DNA from: an uncultured delta proteobacterium
GTDB taxonomy: Bacteria; Desulfobacterota; BSN033; UBA1163
Direction: 5' to 3'
Assembly (NCBI GenBank): GCA_963708295.1
Contig: CAVPSJ010000006.1
Coordinates: 8,635-72,634, forward strand
Length of the DNA stretch: 64,000 nt
This document shows, one piece after another, positions 41,129-51,850 of this stretch. The translations under genes were made by a program, and so were the position numbers. The notes under the pieces were generated by a model. It did no database searches. It saw only the letters and a list, made by a program, of their open reading frames with translations, and had not been told where the DNA came from. The first letter of the stretch is position 1; every line of letters begins with the position of its first letter.

Positions 41129-41683
41129 ATGGATAAAGAATGTGTCAATATTCTCGTCTTCGGTCACACCCCCTTCGGCATCAGGCGCTTGAGGATAAAA
41201 AAAGAAACTCTTCGAATGGCTGCTTATCTCCTCGTCTTTTTTCAATTCGCTATTACATTCTTCTTCTGCGACTACGTGCAGGTCAGAAAGAAGACCTTTC
41301 TCCTGAGTCGATTGCGGCAGGAGTCGCAGATTCAGAAGTCCCACATTAACCTCTTTTCAACGAGGATCGACGAACTGGAGAAAAAGCTCTCCCGGTTGAA
41401 GGAGATTGACCAGAAGATCCGCGTCATCGCCAATCTGGAAAGAGGTCAGGAGGCCCTCCCTTTCATCGGCATGGGGGGGTCGTCGTTTTCTGTGACCCGG
41501 GCAAAATCGGTGACTCGTGTAAAACCAGCAGAAGAACCCAGAGTGGGAAAATCCAAAGTAGAGGAACCCAGGATAGAAGAACCGAAGGAACAAGAACCCA
41601 AAGAAAATGCTTCTGCCAAAAAGGGGGATGAAGTCCTCTCCCCAGATAGCTTTCCCTTGGAGACTACCCTAGAGTCGCAATGA
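41129..41683 (+). CDS. Membrane-anchored coiled-coil protein resembling the N-terminal half of M23 peptidases, without catalytic domain
   Basis: TM, coiled coil, DQKIRVIANLE...GMGG then EEP-rich tail; no HxxxD/HxH. Confidence 0.5.
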   Translation: MDKECVNILVFGHTPFGIRRLRIKKETLRMAAYLLVFFQFAITFFFCDYVQVRKKTFLLSRLRQESQIQKSHINLFSTRIDELEKKLSRLKEIDQKIRVIANLERGQEALPFIGMGGSSFSVTRAKSVTRVKPAEEPRVGKSKVEEPRIEEPKEQEPKENASAKKGDEVLSPDSFPLETTLESQ

Positions 41684-43151
41684 CATGGTCTATGGTCTTC
41701 TTGTCAAGGGATACCTCTCTGTAGATGCTCTTCACTTCCTCCCTGTCCAGTCGTTCGAAATCCTTTTCCACGGGGGTGATCAAAAGGCCTCCCATATCGA
41801 TGACCCCGGGGCTGACCACCACCCGATCCTTCCCCTCTCTGAAAAAGGCCTCCGGACGGTGCTTTCGGCGCGGGAAGATCAGGACGCGCCATTTTCCCTC
41901 TTTTTGAAAACCGGCAATATTCACCATAGGTTCCTCGTCGACGACAAGGACCTTCTTGAGACTGTCCAAGAACTCCTTTAAAACAACCTCGACGGCCAGC
42001 GGGTCGTCCCCTTCCAGCAGGATGACTTCCCTTCCCAGATCTCTTAAGCGATAGAGCAAAACACCACCCTCGCGTTGCCTAAGAGGAACGCGGTTCTCGC
42101 GGCGCATTTCTTTCTCGATGGGCATCTGTCCCGTCGGGCTCGCATGAAAATGAAGGTGGTCCGGTGCGGAAGCGCCACACTTTGGCCCGTTGTAGAGAAT
42201 CGTCCAGCCGGGGCTAAAATCGGCGATAAGCCGGAGGAGGAAATCGATTTGCCCGGCGATGGCCTGGAGACGATGGTCTACATGAGAGACGATGAAGTGA
42301 GAGGGGAAAATGGGCATCGGGTTGCAGAGGATCAGATATTCGCTTCGGTAGAAGATCCCTCTCTGGCCTGAGGGCAGGCGATCCAGGCAGAGAAAACATC
42401 GTCGTTCGTGGGTTTGTGTTCCGCCTACGGCGGCGAGACTACTCTTGATTCTCCCGGGATTGTACTGGAGGCGGATAGAAAACTTGCCACAGAATAAATC
42501 CCGTTCTCTAACGTTCTTAAGGGATTCGTAGCCCAGGCGGAGGCCCTGCCAGCTCTTTTTCTGGTCCGAAAGGAGTTCGAGACAGAGCCCCGGTAGACTC
42601 TTTCCTCCTTGATCAAACGTGGCGTAAATCTTCTGCGGAAGCAGTGTGCTCCCTTTTATTTTCTTGTAGCCGATGAGATGACTCACCGTCGTTTTCCCCA
42701 TCGTGAAAGGTTCTTCCCGGACAAATTGAAACCCCATTTTTCTATAAACATCGAGGGCCCGTCTGTTTTCGACCATCACCCCGATCCACAATTCATCGAG
42801 GCTTTTTTCGGAGGCATAGCCTTCCGCGGCTTCAATGAGCTGGCTGCCCATCCCCTGCCCCTCACACTCCGGGAGAAGATACAAAGAGGAGACGTAGAGA
42901 CGATTCTCCTCTCGGCTGAAAAAGAGTCGTGCATACCCGGCAACCTGACCGTCCGTCGCCGCAACGAAACCCTGCATGGATGGGTCATCGAACAGGTTGA
43001 GGAGGGATTCCTCTGAGTAGTGAATCTCAAAGTAGGACTTGAGGTCCCTTTCGGGAATGAAGCTCAGGTACGTGGAAACCCAGGACTCCCAGGTGATTCT
43101 GCGAATGGATCCGAGATCGCTCTTTTGCCAGGGCCGGACGACGATTCCCAT
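41664..43151 (-). CDS. GNAT acetyltransferase fused to DUF4922 (HIT/GalT-like phosphorylase)
   Basis: LYLLPECEGQGMGSQL...YRKMGF; QYNPGRIKSS, CFLC, LCNPMPIF, YNGPKCGASAPDHLHFH, SPGVIDMGG. Confidence 0.85.
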   Translation of the reverse strand: MGIVVRPWQKSDLGSIRRITWESWVSTYLSFIPERDLKSYFEIHYSEESLLNLFDDPSMQGFVAATDGQVAGYARLFFSREENRLYVSSLYLLPECEGQGMGSQLIEAAEGYASEKSLDELWIGVMVENRRALDVYRKMGFQFVREEPFTMGKTTVSHLIGYKKIKGSTLLPQKIYATFDQGGKSLPGLCLELLSDQKKSWQGLRLGYESLKNVRERDLFCGKFSIRLQYNPGRIKSSLAAVGGTQTHERRCFLCLDRLPSGQRGIFYRSEYLILCNPMPIFPSHFIVSHVDHRLQAIAGQIDFLLRLIADFSPGWTILYNGPKCGASAPDHLHFHASPTGQMPIEKEMRRENRVPLRQREGGVLLYRLRDLGREVILLEGDDPLAVEVVLKEFLDSLKKVLVVDEEPMVNIAGFQKEGKWRVLIFPRRKHRPEAFFREGKDRVVVSPGVIDMGGLLITPVEKDFERLDREEVKSIYREVSLDKKTIDHVIATLG

Positions 43152-43160
43152 TGCCGTGAT

Positions 43161-44648
43161 TCATCCTCCCTGATTCATTTTCTGCCGGGCGAGAATCTCC
43201 TCGGTACGAATCTTGTCCTTAAAAGCATTGTTTCGGTTGGCCTCTCCAACGCTGAGCGCCGAGTCGGTGTTACCCGACCAGCGCCTGCAGAGGTAGAGGC
43301 TTTCATAGATCCGCCCGATCCGGTATTCCCGCGAGATCCGGAGCGCTGCCGCATAATCCTCGCCGTAGCTTACATTGAGAAATCCGATGCTGCGCATCAA
43401 GCTCGTGTTGAAAGCCCGCGGTGCGCCCAGCCCATTGATACGCAGCGCATTGTTGTGACCATTCTCATCGGTCCATTCTTGGTGGTCGATGAGCCCCGGC
43501 GGGATCTCCTGCAGCCCGGAATCGACGAGGGTGTAGGAGCCGATCACCATGGCATAGTTGCTCTGACGTAACATGTTGACCATCTTCTGCAAGGTGTATT
43601 TATTGCTGTAAAGATCGTCCGAGTCGAGCTGTACCGCATAGCGGCCGCAGACTTGATTTTGAATCGCTTCATTCCAGCAGCCGCCGATTCCAAGGTCGTT
43701 TCTTTCAGGGATGATGTGCTTCAGGCAGGAATGTTGCCTTCCCAGTTCGGAGAGAATAGCCGTTGTTCCGTCTGCCGAGTGATTGTCCACGACGATGACG
43801 TTGAACGGAAAATCTGTTTCCTGAGACAGGGCGCTTCTCACGGCCTCGGCAATCGTTTCTTTTCGGTTCAGCACGGGAATGATGACAGAGGCTTCCACGG
43901 AGAAGGAGTCCGGTGTTTGCTCGGCCTCCCTCAAGCGATCGGGCGGCAGATGGGCCCCAATCTTCTTCAAATAGTCGGTGAAGACGACTTCCATCTCGCT
44001 TTGAGCGGCTTCATTCCGGGGATCCACGTAAGCAAATATCTTTTCTTGTAGGGGCAATTCATGGATTGCCCCTACGTTTCTGATCACGGAATAGAGGGCT
44101 TCCCGCAGGTGATAGATAGGGTGGTCTATGGAAACCTTCAACCGAAGGTCGTAGAGACCGGCAAATCTCACTCCCGAGACAACGCCGTATTTTCTCATGC
44201 CTTCCCGAACGGCCGCGGCCCGGAAGAGCATCATGGCGCCGAAGTCAAAATCATCACGGACGCTGCCTAACTGATAATCACAGAGTGGATGAAGGGTCTT
44301 CCCCTGTGGGCCTTCATCATAATAATCCGAATAGACCACGCCTGCCTGTGACGCGTCCGCTTTCTCCAGAAGTCTCTCCAGGGTCCCGGGCCCGATCGAA
44401 ATTTGTTGAGGCCCCGGCAGGAAAAGAAGATACTTTGTTTGGGTTTCGGCCACAATCTGACTGAGTGTCTCGTGCGCGTGAAGGGGGCGGCCAACAAAAA
44501 TACGGCACTTAGAGATTTCCAAACGAAGCGGCTCCTGACGGATAATCAGGATACGCTCAACGAGGTCCGACTGCGTGAGAGAAAGCAGGACCTTTTCGAA
44601 GTATGGTTCCGGGATATGGGGAATGACCACAGCAATAGGCTTCATCAT
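43161..44648 (-). CDS. Glycosyltransferase family 2
   Basis: YQLGSVRDDFDFG, SVIIPV, VVDNHSADGT, QLDSDDLY, INGLGAPRAF, YGEDYA. Confidence 0.88.
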   Translation of the reverse strand: MMKPIAVVIPHIPEPYFEKVLLSLTQSDLVERILIIRQEPLRLEISKCRIFVGRPLHAHETLSQIVAETQTKYLLFLPGPQQISIGPGTLERLLEKADASQAGVVYSDYYDEGPQGKTLHPLCDYQLGSVRDDFDFGAMMLFRAAAVREGMRKYGVVSGVRFAGLYDLRLKVSIDHPIYHLREALYSVIRNVGAIHELPLQEKIFAYVDPRNEAAQSEMEVVFTDYLKKIGAHLPPDRLREAEQTPDSFSVEASVIIPVLNRKETIAEAVRSALSQETDFPFNVIVVDNHSADGTTAILSELGRQHSCLKHIIPERNDLGIGGCWNEAIQNQVCGRYAVQLDSDDLYSNKYTLQKMVNMLRQSNYAMVIGSYTLVDSGLQEIPPGLIDHQEWTDENGHNNALRINGLGAPRAFNTSLMRSIGFLNVSYGEDYAAALRISREYRIGRIYESLYLCRRWSGNTDSALSVGEANRNNAFKDKIRTEEILARQKMNQGG

Positions 44649-44925
44649 AAAGGCCCGCAAGGTCGCGAACTGGCAATGATGCTTTGCATTGTACAATATG
44701 CTTACCCTTTTTGGAAATGCGATTTCACCTGACCCCCTCAACGCGGGCCTTATGAAGCCGCGAAGGGATTTGCCTTGGTGGCAGACAAGTGAAAACGGGT
44801 GGCGGGCAAGGGGCTTCGTTCGATTGACAAAGACTCATGAGATGTGCTTTAGTTTTGATATCAGGATATGGCAGATAGGGAAGTCCCACCAGACTTACCA
44901 GAGTCATGACAAAGGAAGGAAACCA

Positions 44926-45672
44926 ATGGACAAATCAGTTGCTGTCGTCACCGGGGGAACGCGAGGCATTGGCTTGCGGATTGCCGAGCGCTTGGTGCAG
45001 CGGGGATATTCTCTGGCGGTCACTTACCTCAGCGATGAGAAATCGGCGGAGAAGGCCCAGCAGCACCTTACTCGCCTTAGGAAAAAAGATCGGCAAATCC
45101 TAACGCTCAGAGGAGATGGCGGCGATGCGGAGAGAGTTGCGGAACACCACCGCTCGATTCTCAAGAAATTGGGGCCCGTCAGCGTTCTTGTCAACAACGC
45201 CGGGATGATGCCGGTAAGATCCTTTGAAGAAATCGCCGTCAAAGACTGGGATGAAACCATTCGAGTCAACCTGAACAGCGCTTTTTACTGGTGCCGGCAG
45301 GTCGTGCCGGGGATGAAGGAGATGAAATTCGGCCGGATCGTCAATATATCCTCCCTCGCAGCGCGGGGAGGCGGCGTGATCGGGCCGCACTATGCGGCGT
45401 CCAAGGCGGGAATGTTAGGATTGACCCGCTACGCAGCCCGAGAACTGGGTCCATGCGGTATTACCGTCAATGCCATTGCGCCCGCTTTCATCATCGATGC
45501 CGGGGTATTTACGGAGTGGCCGGAAGAATAGAGAGCCTCTCTGAAGGACAAGATTTTTGTGCCTCGCCTGGGAACTTCCGATGATGTCGCCCGTGCGTTT
45601 GAATACCTGCTGGATTCGCCTTTCGTCACCGGGGTCACATTAGACGTCAACGGGGGCGCATTTATGATCTGA
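44926..45672 (+). CDS. SDR family oxidoreductase (FabG-like) interrupted by in-frame TAG at 45529-45531
   Basis: TGGTRGIG, NNAG, YAASK; frame continues past TAG as RASLKDKIFVPRLGTSDDVA...FVTGVTLDVNGG. Confidence 0.85.
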
Positions 45673-45709
45673 CCAAAGTGGTTTGAAACCCTTGAAAGGA
45701 GAAAAGGCA

Positions 45710-46107
45710 TGATCAAAGGGATCGGTCATCTGGGTATCGTCGTTAAAGATTTGGAAAAAAGCCTGAAGGCATTGTCGCAAATCATTGAATTTGAAAAACC
45801 GGCCGTCAAAGAGTTCCCGGACAAGAAGATGAGATGTGCCATCGTAGAGACCCAGGGAGTTTTCCTGGAGTTTCTACAGGATAATAGTGACAATGGATTC
45901 ATGGCGCGTTTTAACCGGGAGAAAGGGGACGCCATTCATCATTTCTGCGTGGTGTCGGACAACATCGAAAAAGACGTAGAGGTGTTGAAGAAAAGAGGCG
46001 TTGAGATGATGGACCCAAAGCCCCGAATAGGCCTGCGGGGAAAAAAGATTGCGATGACCATGCCCAACGCTTTGAACGGTATTACGATAGAACTTTCAGA
46101 GCCGTGA
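45710..46107 (+). CDS. VOC family protein, methylmalonyl-CoA epimerase-like
   Basis: IGHLGIVVKDLE, LEFLQ, IHHFC, GITIELSE; ORF track gives 45709 as start. Confidence 0.8.
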
Positions 46108-46190
46108 TTCACATTTCCGGCGATGGTTTCTTACGATTTCTACAAGGAAGGGCAACACGCGGGAAAATGAGTATGGGTGTGATCTCGGGA

Positions 46191-46448
46191 TCACTTCAGA
46201 TTGACAGGATAAGGTTCTTCGGCACCGTTATTTCGTGGAGACGGACGGAGCCCAAACGGGGAGGCCTTTATTCTCTCAAAGCTGACTAAATTTGTTGTTA
46301 CGAACGAACTCAATTTGAGCATTTCGAACTCACATTCCGCACGGAGATAGCCTATCACGTCGTCTATGCTCCGGCTCCTCAAGACAGAATCCTGCGGCAT
46401 CCATCGGCCAAAGTACATTAGAGATTCCACCAGTTCTTCATTTTCCAT
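46191..46448 (-). CDS. Hypothetical protein
   Basis: GAGAGGTG RBS before MENEELVES. Confidence 0.45.
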   Translation of the reverse strand: MENEELVESLMYFGRWMPQDSVLRSRSIDDVIGYLRAECEFEMLKLSSFVTTNLVSFERIKASPFGLRPSPRNNGAEEPYPVNLK

Positions 46449-46914
46449 CTCAGTACACCTCTCTTCCAAAAACACTCGTGAAAGTTCTTTCAATAATGAC
46501 GCAGATGTGGCCAGCCCTCTTCCTCCCGATGAGCTTGCCAAGACGATACTGAAACGACAATATTTTGTTGACGATCGTACTTCTCACCGTCCCTACTTCC
46601 TGACCCCTGAGATGAAAAATCGGATTGCTTTCTTAAACACACGACAAAAGAATTTTTCTTATGATATGAGCAATTTCGATGCCAACAACCATAAATCCGC
46701 ATAACCATCTGATACTGAATGGTTTTCTAAAGTAATGGCGATCCGGAAAGAAATATTTCATGACGTTTTTTGACTTCATTCCGATCGCCAATCCTACGAA
46801 AGGTCTGGGGGAGGTGGACCGCCATTCGAGGTCTCTCCGGAGGGCGGGACCTTTCTGTTTATTTCCGCAGGGGCTGGGCCAATTCCTTAAATTCACCCCA
46901 TTCCCTATTTTTGC

Positions 46915-47115
46915 TTACGTTACCCCACGGGAAAATTTCCCCATTCCCATCGTCTCGAGACTGTCCTTGAGCATGACCTCCTCCAGAACGAATCTTACTT
47001 TACATCTGACTTGACTCAACATCTTGGATAAATGGGACCCGAAAAAAATCAACTCACCGGTGAGTGGAGCATATTCTTTATCAATCGTCCCGCCCGTTAT
47101 CAAGATTCTGACCGT
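46915..47115 (-). pseudogene. Asparaginase N-terminal fragment
   Basis: ITGGTIDKEY...LKDSL then loss of homology. Confidence 0.65.
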
Positions 47116-47384
47116 ATCTCCACCTTCCGTATTCCCGTTCCTTGATAACCCCCAGTCGATGAACGCTGAGCCTGATGGATAGATTATTTCGAAAAGAGTT
47201 CCCTCCTCTTATCCACTTCACGCTATGCCGCGCGAGCTCAAAGATAAATAGGACGAAATCACTATTTTCTTAACCCAAGGACTGTATTATTGATTTGTAA
47301 CGATCTGAAGTGATGAATGTTCGGATGTTACTTGGAAAATCAGTGTTTTGATGATGTGATGGGAATCAGCGATGAAGAGGACTG

Positions 47385-47891
47385 TCATGGCGAACCCGAA
47401 AGGAATTTTAATTTAATTCTCATCATCCTCTCAGAGCCATCCAGGTCGAAATATTGGAAACCGAGCTTCTTGTAGAGTTTAATCGCGATGAAGTTTGACA
47501 CACTAACCGTCAGCCAAACCGAGTCATAGCCGAGTTGCCTGGACGCTTCCAGGGCGAACCGCGTCAGTTCCGTTCCGATCCCGAGATTCCTCTGCTTTTG
47601 ATCAACGAAGATCACAAATTCACACGATTCGCGCTGTCTATCGGGCACCAGTGAGACATGTCCGATCACGTTCTTTCCTCTCCAAGCGAGATAGTTCTCC
47701 CCTATTTCTAAGAGACTCTTCAGCCAGTTCTGGCAGACCTCAGGGTCTTCAGGCGGCAGTCCCTGAGAGGCGGGTTTCGGGCAGAAGTGGTCGTACATCT
47801 CCAAAAGAAACGGGAAATCTTCAGAGCCATAGATCCCCATTCCAAAGGAGCCTCCAGACTTGTCAGCTCTGGTGATCTGTTTTGACTTCAT
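47385..47891 (-). CDS. GNAT family N-acetyltransferase
   Basis: IFVDQKQRNLGIGTEL, NFIAIKLYKKLGF. Confidence 0.88.
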   Translation of the reverse strand: MKSKQITRADKSGGSFGMGIYGSEDFPFLLEMYDHFCPKPASQGLPPEDPEVCQNWLKSLLEIGENYLAWRGKNVIGHVSLVPDRQRESCEFVIFVDQKQRNLGIGTELTRFALEASRQLGYDSVWLTVSVSNFIAIKLYKKLGFQYFDLDGSERMMRIKLKFLSGSP

Positions 47892-48091
47892 TTAAGAAAG
47901 AATCTTGAAAAGGCACAACCCTGGTCCCACCCAGTGGTTTCTGACCCAATATACCTCAATTTTTTCGGAAATACAATCTCTCTCGTCCAGCCTCCTGACC
48001 CTGTCTTTTTGCTATCCAGAGGTAATCTGTATTATAAATAATCAGAAAAGCAAGAAGTCATTTCTTTGGAAACAGACGGATAAGAATACCG

Positions 48092-49642
48092 ATGATCCTC
48101 GTCCACCCTCCTGTTGCAAAACCATGCGAACCCCCGGCAGGCATAGCGAAACTCTGTGGCGCCCTGGATCGTCACGGAGTGACGTACAGGGCTTTGGATG
48201 CAAATCTTGAAGGTCTCCTCGACCTCCTGAATGCCTCACCTGCGCCCTCCGATACCTGGACGTTCCGGGCGATCCGTCATCTTTCAAAACATCTCGCCTC
48301 GTTCAACGGTTGGAACGTTTACCGGAATCAGGGCCGTTATCGCCGCGCGATAAAAGACCTGAGTCGGATTCTTGAGATGACAGGGCGTCCCGACCGCGCG
48401 CACCTCGGCCTGGCGAACTATGAGCACGAAGAGCTCTCTCCTGCGAGGAGCGTAGACCTTCTGGGCGCTGCAGAAAGTCCTGAGGACAATCCCTTCTATC
48501 CTTATTTCAAAAAAAGATTGATAGAGCTTCTGAAGAACCGACAGCCTTCGGTGATTGGATTTTCAATGAACTATTTAAGCCAGGCCCTATGCACGTTTGC
48601 AATGATCGGTTTTCTTAGACAAGAATTCCCCGGGGTGAAATTGGTTTTGGGCGGAGGACTTGCCACTTCCTGGATGAGAAGGCCTCAATGGAAAAACCCG
48701 TTTGATGGCCTCGTGGATCATCTCGTCGCCGGGCCTGGAGAATCACCTTTGCTATCTCTGATGGGGGTAACGCCATCCGGAGAGAATCACTATAGCCCCA
48801 ATTATGATACCCTCCCTGTAAGAAACTACTTTGCCCCCGGGCCCATCCTCCCCTACAGTTCCTCAAGCGGATGCTACTGGAACAAGTGCTCTTTCTGCCC
48901 GGAAAGGGCCGAAGGAAATCCGTATCTTCCTGCTCCTGTGGGAGAAGTCTTCGCCGATCTTTTTCACCTGGTGGACAAGCAAAAACCGGTCCTCATCCAT
49001 TTCCTCGATAATGCTATCAGCCCATTGCTGATGAGGGCAATCACCGAACGTCCTCCTGGCGTGCCATGGTATGGCTTTGCAAGACTAACACGTCATCTTT
49101 CGGATCTGGATTTCTGTATGGCCCTGAGGCGATCAGGATGTGTGATGTTAAAACTCGGGCTCGAATCAGGGGATCAGGCGGTACTTGATTCTTTGCAAAA
49201 AGGCATTGACATCGAGGCGGCTTCATCGGTCTTAAAAAATTTGAAAAAGGCAGGCATCGCCACCTACGTCTATCTTCTTTTTGGAACGCCACCCGAAGGC
49301 CAGACGGAGGCGCGAAGGACTCTCGAGTTTGTCGTGAAACATCATGATCGCATCGGTTTCTTGAACCTTGCCATATTCAATATGCCGATCGATGCGCCGG
49401 AAGCCCGGCACATGAAGACAAAATCCTTCTACGAAGGGGACCTCTCCCTTTATGCAAATTTCGATCATCCAAAAGGGTGGAGCAGGCCACTGATCAGGCA
49501 ATTCTTGGACAAGGAATTTAGGCGACATCCTGCCGTTGCACCGATTCTGAGAAGAGATCCTCCTGTGTTTACCTCGAATCATGCTCCGTTCTTTGTCATG
49601 GATCGGGACTGGATAAGACACGGGGATAGGGGGATGGGGTGA
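48092..49642 (+). CDS. Radical SAM protein with B12-binding-like domain
   Basis: GCYWNKCSFC, FLDNA, LGLESG, YLLFGTP. Confidence 0.87.
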   Translation: MILVHPPVAKPCEPPAGIAKLCGALDRHGVTYRALDANLEGLLDLLNASPAPSDTWTFRAIRHLSKHLASFNGWNVYRNQGRYRRAIKDLSRILEMTGRPDRAHLGLANYEHEELSPARSVDLLGAAESPEDNPFYPYFKKRLIELLKNRQPSVIGFSMNYLSQALCTFAMIGFLRQEFPGVKLVLGGGLATSWMRRPQWKNPFDGLVDHLVAGPGESPLLSLMGVTPSGENHYSPNYDTLPVRNYFAPGPILPYSSSSGCYWNKCSFCPERAEGNPYLPAPVGEVFADLFHLVDKQKPVLIHFLDNAISPLLMRAITERPPGVPWYGFARLTRHLSDLDFCMALRRSGCVMLKLGLESGDQAVLDSLQKGIDIEAASSVLKNLKKAGIATYVYLLFGTPPEGQTEARRTLEFVVKHHDRIGFLNLAIFNMPIDAPEARHMKTKSFYEGDLSLYANFDHPKGWSRPLIRQFLDKEFRRHPAVAPILRRDPPVFTSNHAPFFVMDRDWIRHGDRGMG

Positions 49643-49842
49643 TACGGAGACACGGCGATGCGGAGATCAGGAGATGAGGGAATGAGAATCTCGCAAGGTG
49701 AAGATAGGGTGAACTCAACAGAAAGAAGATGAGAGAGATTTTTTTAAAAAAATAACTTATAATGAATAATTAAGTTTCTCCGAAAGGTTCCTCGCTCCTT
49801 TAAGACCACTTCGGAAGACAGCCGGATTTCTAAAATAAATTT

Positions 49843-51642
49843 GTGAAAAACATTCGTAACTTCAGCATCATTGCACATATTGATCACGGGAAATCGACCC
49901 TCGCGGACCGTCTCATCCAATACACCGGCGTGGTGGATGCGCGGAACTTCAAAGACCAGATCCTGGACAATATGGACATTGAACGCGAGCGGGGAATCAC
50001 CATCAAAAGCCAGGCCATCGCCCTCCCGTATCACGCCCAGGATGGAGAAGAGTATGTTCTTAACCTGATCGACACGCCGGGTCATGTCGATTTCTCCTAT
50101 GAGGTCTCGCGCTCCCTGGCCTCTTGCGAAGGCGTCCTTCTTCTGATCGATGCTGCCCAGGGCGTGCAGGCCCAGACGATTGCCAATCTTTATCTGGCCA
50201 TGGAGAATAACCTGGAGATCATCCCGGTCATCAATAAGATCGATCTTCCCACGGCAGATGTCGAACGGGTGGTGGAGCAGATCGACTCGGAACTCGGACT
50301 GGATCCCTTTGGTCATCTGAAATGCTCGGCGAAAGAAGGCATCGGCATCCCAGAGATTCTAGAGGCCATTGTGAAAAGGATACCTCCTCCGAAAGGGGAT
50401 CCGGAAGGACCGCTGGCGGCCTTGATCTTCGATGCCCAATACGATCCCTTTCGCGGCACGGTTATTCATTGCCGGGCTTTTGATGGAACCGTAAAAAGCG
50501 GGGATATTATCCGCTTGATGTCTAATCAGGGAACCCACAAAGTCGAGGAGGTGGGTCGATTCCTGCTCTCCAGAGAAAAACGAGACAGCCTCTCTGCGGG
50601 AGAGGTGGGTTATATCTTTGCAGGGGTTAAAACGGTCTCGGACGTACATATCGGGGATACGATTACACTCGACAACCGACCCTGCGACAAGCCGCTGCCC
50701 GGCTTCAAAGAATTCAAGCCCGTAGTGTTTTCTTCCATCTATCCGATCGCTCCTGAGGACTATGGGGACTTGGTCGTTGCCCTTGAAAAATATAAGCTGA
50801 ATGACGCAGCCCTTGTCTATCAGAAAGATTCGTCCGTTGCCCTGGGGCATGGCTTCCATTGCGGATTTCTGGGTCTCCTTCATCTCGAGATCGTCCAGGA
50901 AAGGCTTGAGCGTGAATATGATTTATCCATCATCCTGTCCGTTCCGAGCGTTCGCTACCGGTTTACACTGAAAGACGGGAGCACCGTGTTCGTTGACAAT
51001 CCCGCTCATTACCCGGATCCTAACACCATCGAAAAAGGAGAAGAGCCCTTCATTCGCGCCACCCTGCTGATGCCTGAAAAATATCTGGGCGCTGTGATCA
51101 AACTCTGCCTGGAAAGACGCGGTGAAAACTCGAAGCTGAACTACCTGAGCCCGGGCCGCGTGGAGTTGATTTACGAGATGCCCCTGGCCGAGGTGATTTA
51201 TGATTTTTACGATCGTTTCAAATCCATCACGCAGGGATACGGGTCCTTTGATTACGATGTCCTTGACTACAGAGAAAGTACCCTGGTCTTGGTGGATATC
51301 CTGGTCAACGGCGAGAAGGTCGATGCCCTGTCGCAAATCGTCAATCGAGATCAAGCGCGCCCCCGTGCCCTGCGGGCCTGCGAAAAATTGAAGGAAGAAA
51401 TTCCCCGGCAGATGTTTAAAATAGCGATCCAAGGGGCGATTGGAGGAGAAATCATCTCCCGTACCACGATCTCTCCATTTCGTAAAGATGTGACAGCGAA
51501 GTGCTACGGCGGAGATATCACCCGCAAGCGAAAACTTCTGGAAAAACAGAAGAAGGGCAAGAAGCGGATGAAAACCATCGGGTCGGTTTCTATCCCTCAG
51601 AGCGCCTTTCTCGCGGTGTTGAAAACGGATACGGATGACTGA
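49843..51642 (+). CDS. lepA: Translation elongation factor 4
   Basis: IAHIDHGKSTLADR, ERERGITIK, DTPGHVDF, KCYGGDITRKRKLLEKQK. Confidence 0.98.
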   Translation: MKNIRNFSIIAHIDHGKSTLADRLIQYTGVVDARNFKDQILDNMDIERERGITIKSQAIALPYHAQDGEEYVLNLIDTPGHVDFSYEVSRSLASCEGVLLLIDAAQGVQAQTIANLYLAMENNLEIIPVINKIDLPTADVERVVEQIDSELGLDPFGHLKCSAKEGIGIPEILEAIVKRIPPPKGDPEGPLAALIFDAQYDPFRGTVIHCRAFDGTVKSGDIIRLMSNQGTHKVEEVGRFLLSREKRDSLSAGEVGYIFAGVKTVSDVHIGDTITLDNRPCDKPLPGFKEFKPVVFSSIYPIAPEDYGDLVVALEKYKLNDAALVYQKDSSVALGHGFHCGFLGLLHLEIVQERLEREYDLSIILSVPSVRYRFTLKDGSTVFVDNPAHYPDPNTIEKGEEPFIRATLLMPEKYLGAVIKLCLERRGENSKLNYLSPGRVELIYEMPLAEVIYDFYDRFKSITQGYGSFDYDVLDYRESTLVLVDILVNGEKVDALSQIVNRDQARPRALRACEKLKEEIPRQMFKIAIQGAIGGEIISRTTISPFRKDVTAKCYGGDITRKRKLLEKQKKGKKRMKTIGSVSIPQSAFLAVLKTDTDD

Positions 51643-51677
51643 AAAACATAAGACATGGGGCATGGCGTAAATATATG

Positions 51678-51787
51678 AAATCCGAAGCACGAAATCCGAA
51701 TTTCGAAACAATCTCTGATGCTCAAAATAGGATATATGAACATTTTTTCTCTTTCGGAAATTTGACCACCTGGATTTCGGATTTTTC
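51678..51787. repeat. Palindromic 7-bp-periodic element (AAATCCG type, shorter copy)
   Basis: gaaatccgaagcacgaaatccgaa identical to the start of the 11580 copy; ends ggatttcggattt. Confidence 0.65.
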
Positions 51788-51850
51788 TAATTCCTATGGC
51801 CTGTTTGGCTTAGGCGATGCGAAGCTAGTCTCTGAAACCCGAGTAACCCA

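Noticed and set aside
49620-49680. Purine-rich 8-bp periodic tract (also about 6355-6395)
   Set aside because: Short, degenerate and without an inverted partner; not supportable as a distinct element
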